Below, one piece after another: positions 62,268 to 64,000 of a DNA stretch of 64,000 bases. The notes under the pieces are model-generated. The model made no database searches. It was not told where the DNA came from and saw nothing but the letters and a program-made list of their open reading frames with translations. The translations under genes and the position numbers were made by a program. Source of the stretch: Rhodospirillales bacterium (GTDB taxonomy: Bacteria; Pseudomonadota; Alphaproteobacteria; Rhodospirillales; UBA2165); contig JAJDXO010000026.1 in the NCBI GenBank assembly GCA_022823235.1, positions 66,807-130,806 of the forward strand. Direction: 5' to 3'. Numbering within the stretch: the stretch's first letter is position 1; each line of letters begins with the position of its first letter.

Positions 62268-64000
62268 CTAGATAATCAGCCAGTCCGGGAACCAGTCCGG
62301 GAGCAGGTCCTCCAACCAGTCGGCGAAGAGGGTCGGATACCAGAACAGGTTCATCACCCGGTCGTAGAACGCCACCAACACCAGCCAGCCGCCGGCCGCA
62401 TATGTCAGCGCGGCGCGCCAGCTGTACCTGCCCCAGCGGATGAGATAGGTGGCAATGTATATGGGTATGGCGATCTTCTGGCCGACGAGCATGGTCAGCA
62501 ACAGCATTCCGATCAGGTAGACGAAGAATATGACCGTCGACCGGACGGCGACATCGTCCGCCGTCTGCGCCCAAGCGGCATCGATACTTCCGAATTCCCG
62601 GCGCGAAGCGGCCAGATGCCGCAGGTCCATGTAGACGATATACAGGGCAAACAGGATTCCCGGGACGGCAATGGTGAAGGGAAACTGCTGCGCGTTGGTA
62701 GGCCACTCCTGAGACGCGAAAAAAGCGTAAGCGAACAAGATCAGCAGGAATACGGAGAGCGGCAGCGAGATGATCGGATTTCGTTCATTGCCTTCTCCGG
62801 TGGTCGGGCCGTCCTCTCCCGCCTGCTTGTTCTTGATCACGCCGCGGGTCGCGAGAAAAACGGTCAGGAGGCAAAGAACCGCGATAGCGATGACCACGGG
62901 ACGTTCCCAGAGCCACGACGGGCCGCGGTGCGCGGCCATGGATATCTGGAACGTCTGTTCCATGATGGCGCCCAGGATCAGCGCCAGGACAAACGGCGGG
63001 CGCGGCCATCCCCCGCGCTTCATGACGTAGCCGATCAGGCCGAAGACCATCATGGTGATCCAGTCGCCGACCGAGGTCCGGCCTATCCACGAGCCCATGG
63101 CGACGAATGCGATGACGCCGGGGATCAGCATGTGGCCGGGAATGAAAGCCAGCTTGGAAATCTGCTTGCTCCACGCCATCAGGAGCGCCGCGCCGATGAT
63201 ATTGGCGACGACGATGGTCCACACGAGGCTGAAGGTGATGTGCAGATTGATCGTCAGCATATCCGGGCCGGGCTGCATGCCCTGGATGACCAGAGCGCCC
63301 AGGAGAATGGCCGCACCCAGACTTCCGGGTATGCCGAAGGCGACGGTCGGCACCAACGCACCGCCCTTGATGGCGTTGTTGGCGGCCTCGGGCGCAATGA
63401 CGCCGCGGATATCACCCTGGCCGAACTTGGATTTGTCCTTGGCGCTCTGCACCGCGTGTCCATAGGCCACCCAGTCGACGATGGCGCCGCCGAGACCCGG
63501 CAGCATGCCGACATAAGTTCCGATGACGCTGCAGCGAATGGTCAGCCACCAATGGCGGCAGGCGTCTTTCACGCCTTCGAACATGTTGCCGCCTTCGGCG
63601 TCCTTCTGGGGGATTCTGGAAATCGACGTATTGCGATTGGCCAACTCGATGAGTTCGGGCAGCGCGAACAGGCCCAGCACCATGGGGATCAGCGGCAGGC
63701 CGTCGAGCAGGTAATCGACGCCGAAATCGAACCGCGGGACGGGCAGCGTTTCGCCATAGCCGACGGTGGAGACCATCAAACCGAACAATGCGACCGTCAG
63801 ACCCTTGGCCACGGACTGGCCGGTCAGCGAGCCGACCATGGTCAGGCCGAGAACGCCGAGCATGAACAGTTCAGCCTTGGAAAAGGCCAGGATGATCGGC
63901 AGAACGATCGGGAGGGACGCCGAAAGAACCACGGCGCCGAACACCCCGCCGAACGCGGAGACCGTGAAGGCGGCGCCGAAGGCGCGGGCCGCGTGCCCCA
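62268..64000 (-). CDS. tctA: TTT large permease TctA (5' end outside the window) with a C-terminal TctB-like extension
   Basis: The reading frame stays open to the window edge (..HAARAFGAAFTVSAFGGVFGAVV..). The TctA core ends near aa 370 of the listed ORF. About 168 further residues carry 4 hydrophobic segments. Confidence 0.75.
   Translation of the reverse strand, partial: GHAARAFGAAFTVSAFGGVFGAVVLSASLPIVLPIILAFSKAELFMLGVLGLTMVGSLTGQSVAKGLTVALFGLMVSTVGYGETLPVPRFDFGVDYLLDGLPLIPMVLGLFALPELIELANRNTSISRIPQKDAEGGNMFEGVKDACRHWWLTIRCSVIGTYVGMLPGLGGAIVDWVAYGHAVQSAKDKSKFGQGDIRGVIAPEAANNAIKGGALVPTVAFGIPGSLGAAILLGALVIQGMQPGPDMLTINLHITFSLVWTIVVANIIGAALLMAWSKQISKLAFIPGHMLIPGVIAFVAMGSWIGRTSVGDWITMMVFGLIGYVMKRGGWPRPPFVLALILGAIMEQTFQISMAAHRGPSWLWERPVVIAIAVLCLLTVFLATRGVIKNKQAGEDGPTTGEGNERNPIISLPLSVFLLILFAYAFFASQEWPTNAQQFPFTIAVPGILFALYIVYMDLRHLAASRREFGSIDAAWAQTADDVAVRSTVIFFVYLIGMLLLTMLVGQKIAIPIYIATYLIRWGRYSWRAALTYAAGGWLVLVAFYDRVMNLFWYPTLFADWLEDLLPDWFPDWLII

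Overview
GC-rich, gene-dense window with about 55 CDS on both strands. It looks like an accessory catabolic region of an alphaproteobacterium; this guess rests on codon bias, Bug/TTT transporters and stacked REP-like hairpin modules. I saw no rRNA, tRNA, CRISPR array, transposase, integrase or phage genes.

Blocks:
(i) 0-7.5 kb: VOC dioxygenase, MetE-C-terminal-like protein, M24 hydrolase, D-2-hydroxyacid dehydrogenase, and a family III CoA-transferase divergent from a CitE-like lyase.
(ii) 7.5-16.8 kb: one co-directional five-gene block. It is led by a Tat-less 735-aa reductive-dehalogenase homologue. Downstream are a 3-hydroxyacyl-CoA-dehydrogenase-type SDR, a feruloyl-CoA-synthase-like ligase, an EamA permease and a fused 1157-aa indolepyruvate:ferredoxin oxidoreductase.
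(iii) 17-29 kb: DSD1-type PLP enzyme, MFS, purC-hyi-livMHFG, YciI, and two tandem paralogous family-5 solute-binding proteins.
(iv) 29-42.5 kb: quinone reductase, two tandem VOC dioxygenases, TusA-like protein, AKR, VOC, GST, HisD-like dehydrogenase, SDR, IclR, Lrp, thiolase-like protein, SnoaL-like protein and an orphan PAS histidine kinase.
(v) 42.6-62.2 kb: an island bracketed by inverted copies of a 115-nt REP-like element. It holds four leaderless Cys-type sulfatases, tctCBA, a MarR regulator, a ComA-like phosphosulfolactate synthase, an FMN hydroxy-acid dehydrogenase, a hydratase/decarboxylase pair, a lone Mo-hydroxylase large subunit and an amidohydrolase_2 decarboxylase-like protein. 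A near-perfect 18-bp palindrome occurs three times at promoters in this island.

The two most interesting candidates are the rdhA-led operon and the MarR/palindrome-linked cytoplasmic sulfatase island. All functional calls come from motif recognition by eye on the supplied translations. No database search was run.
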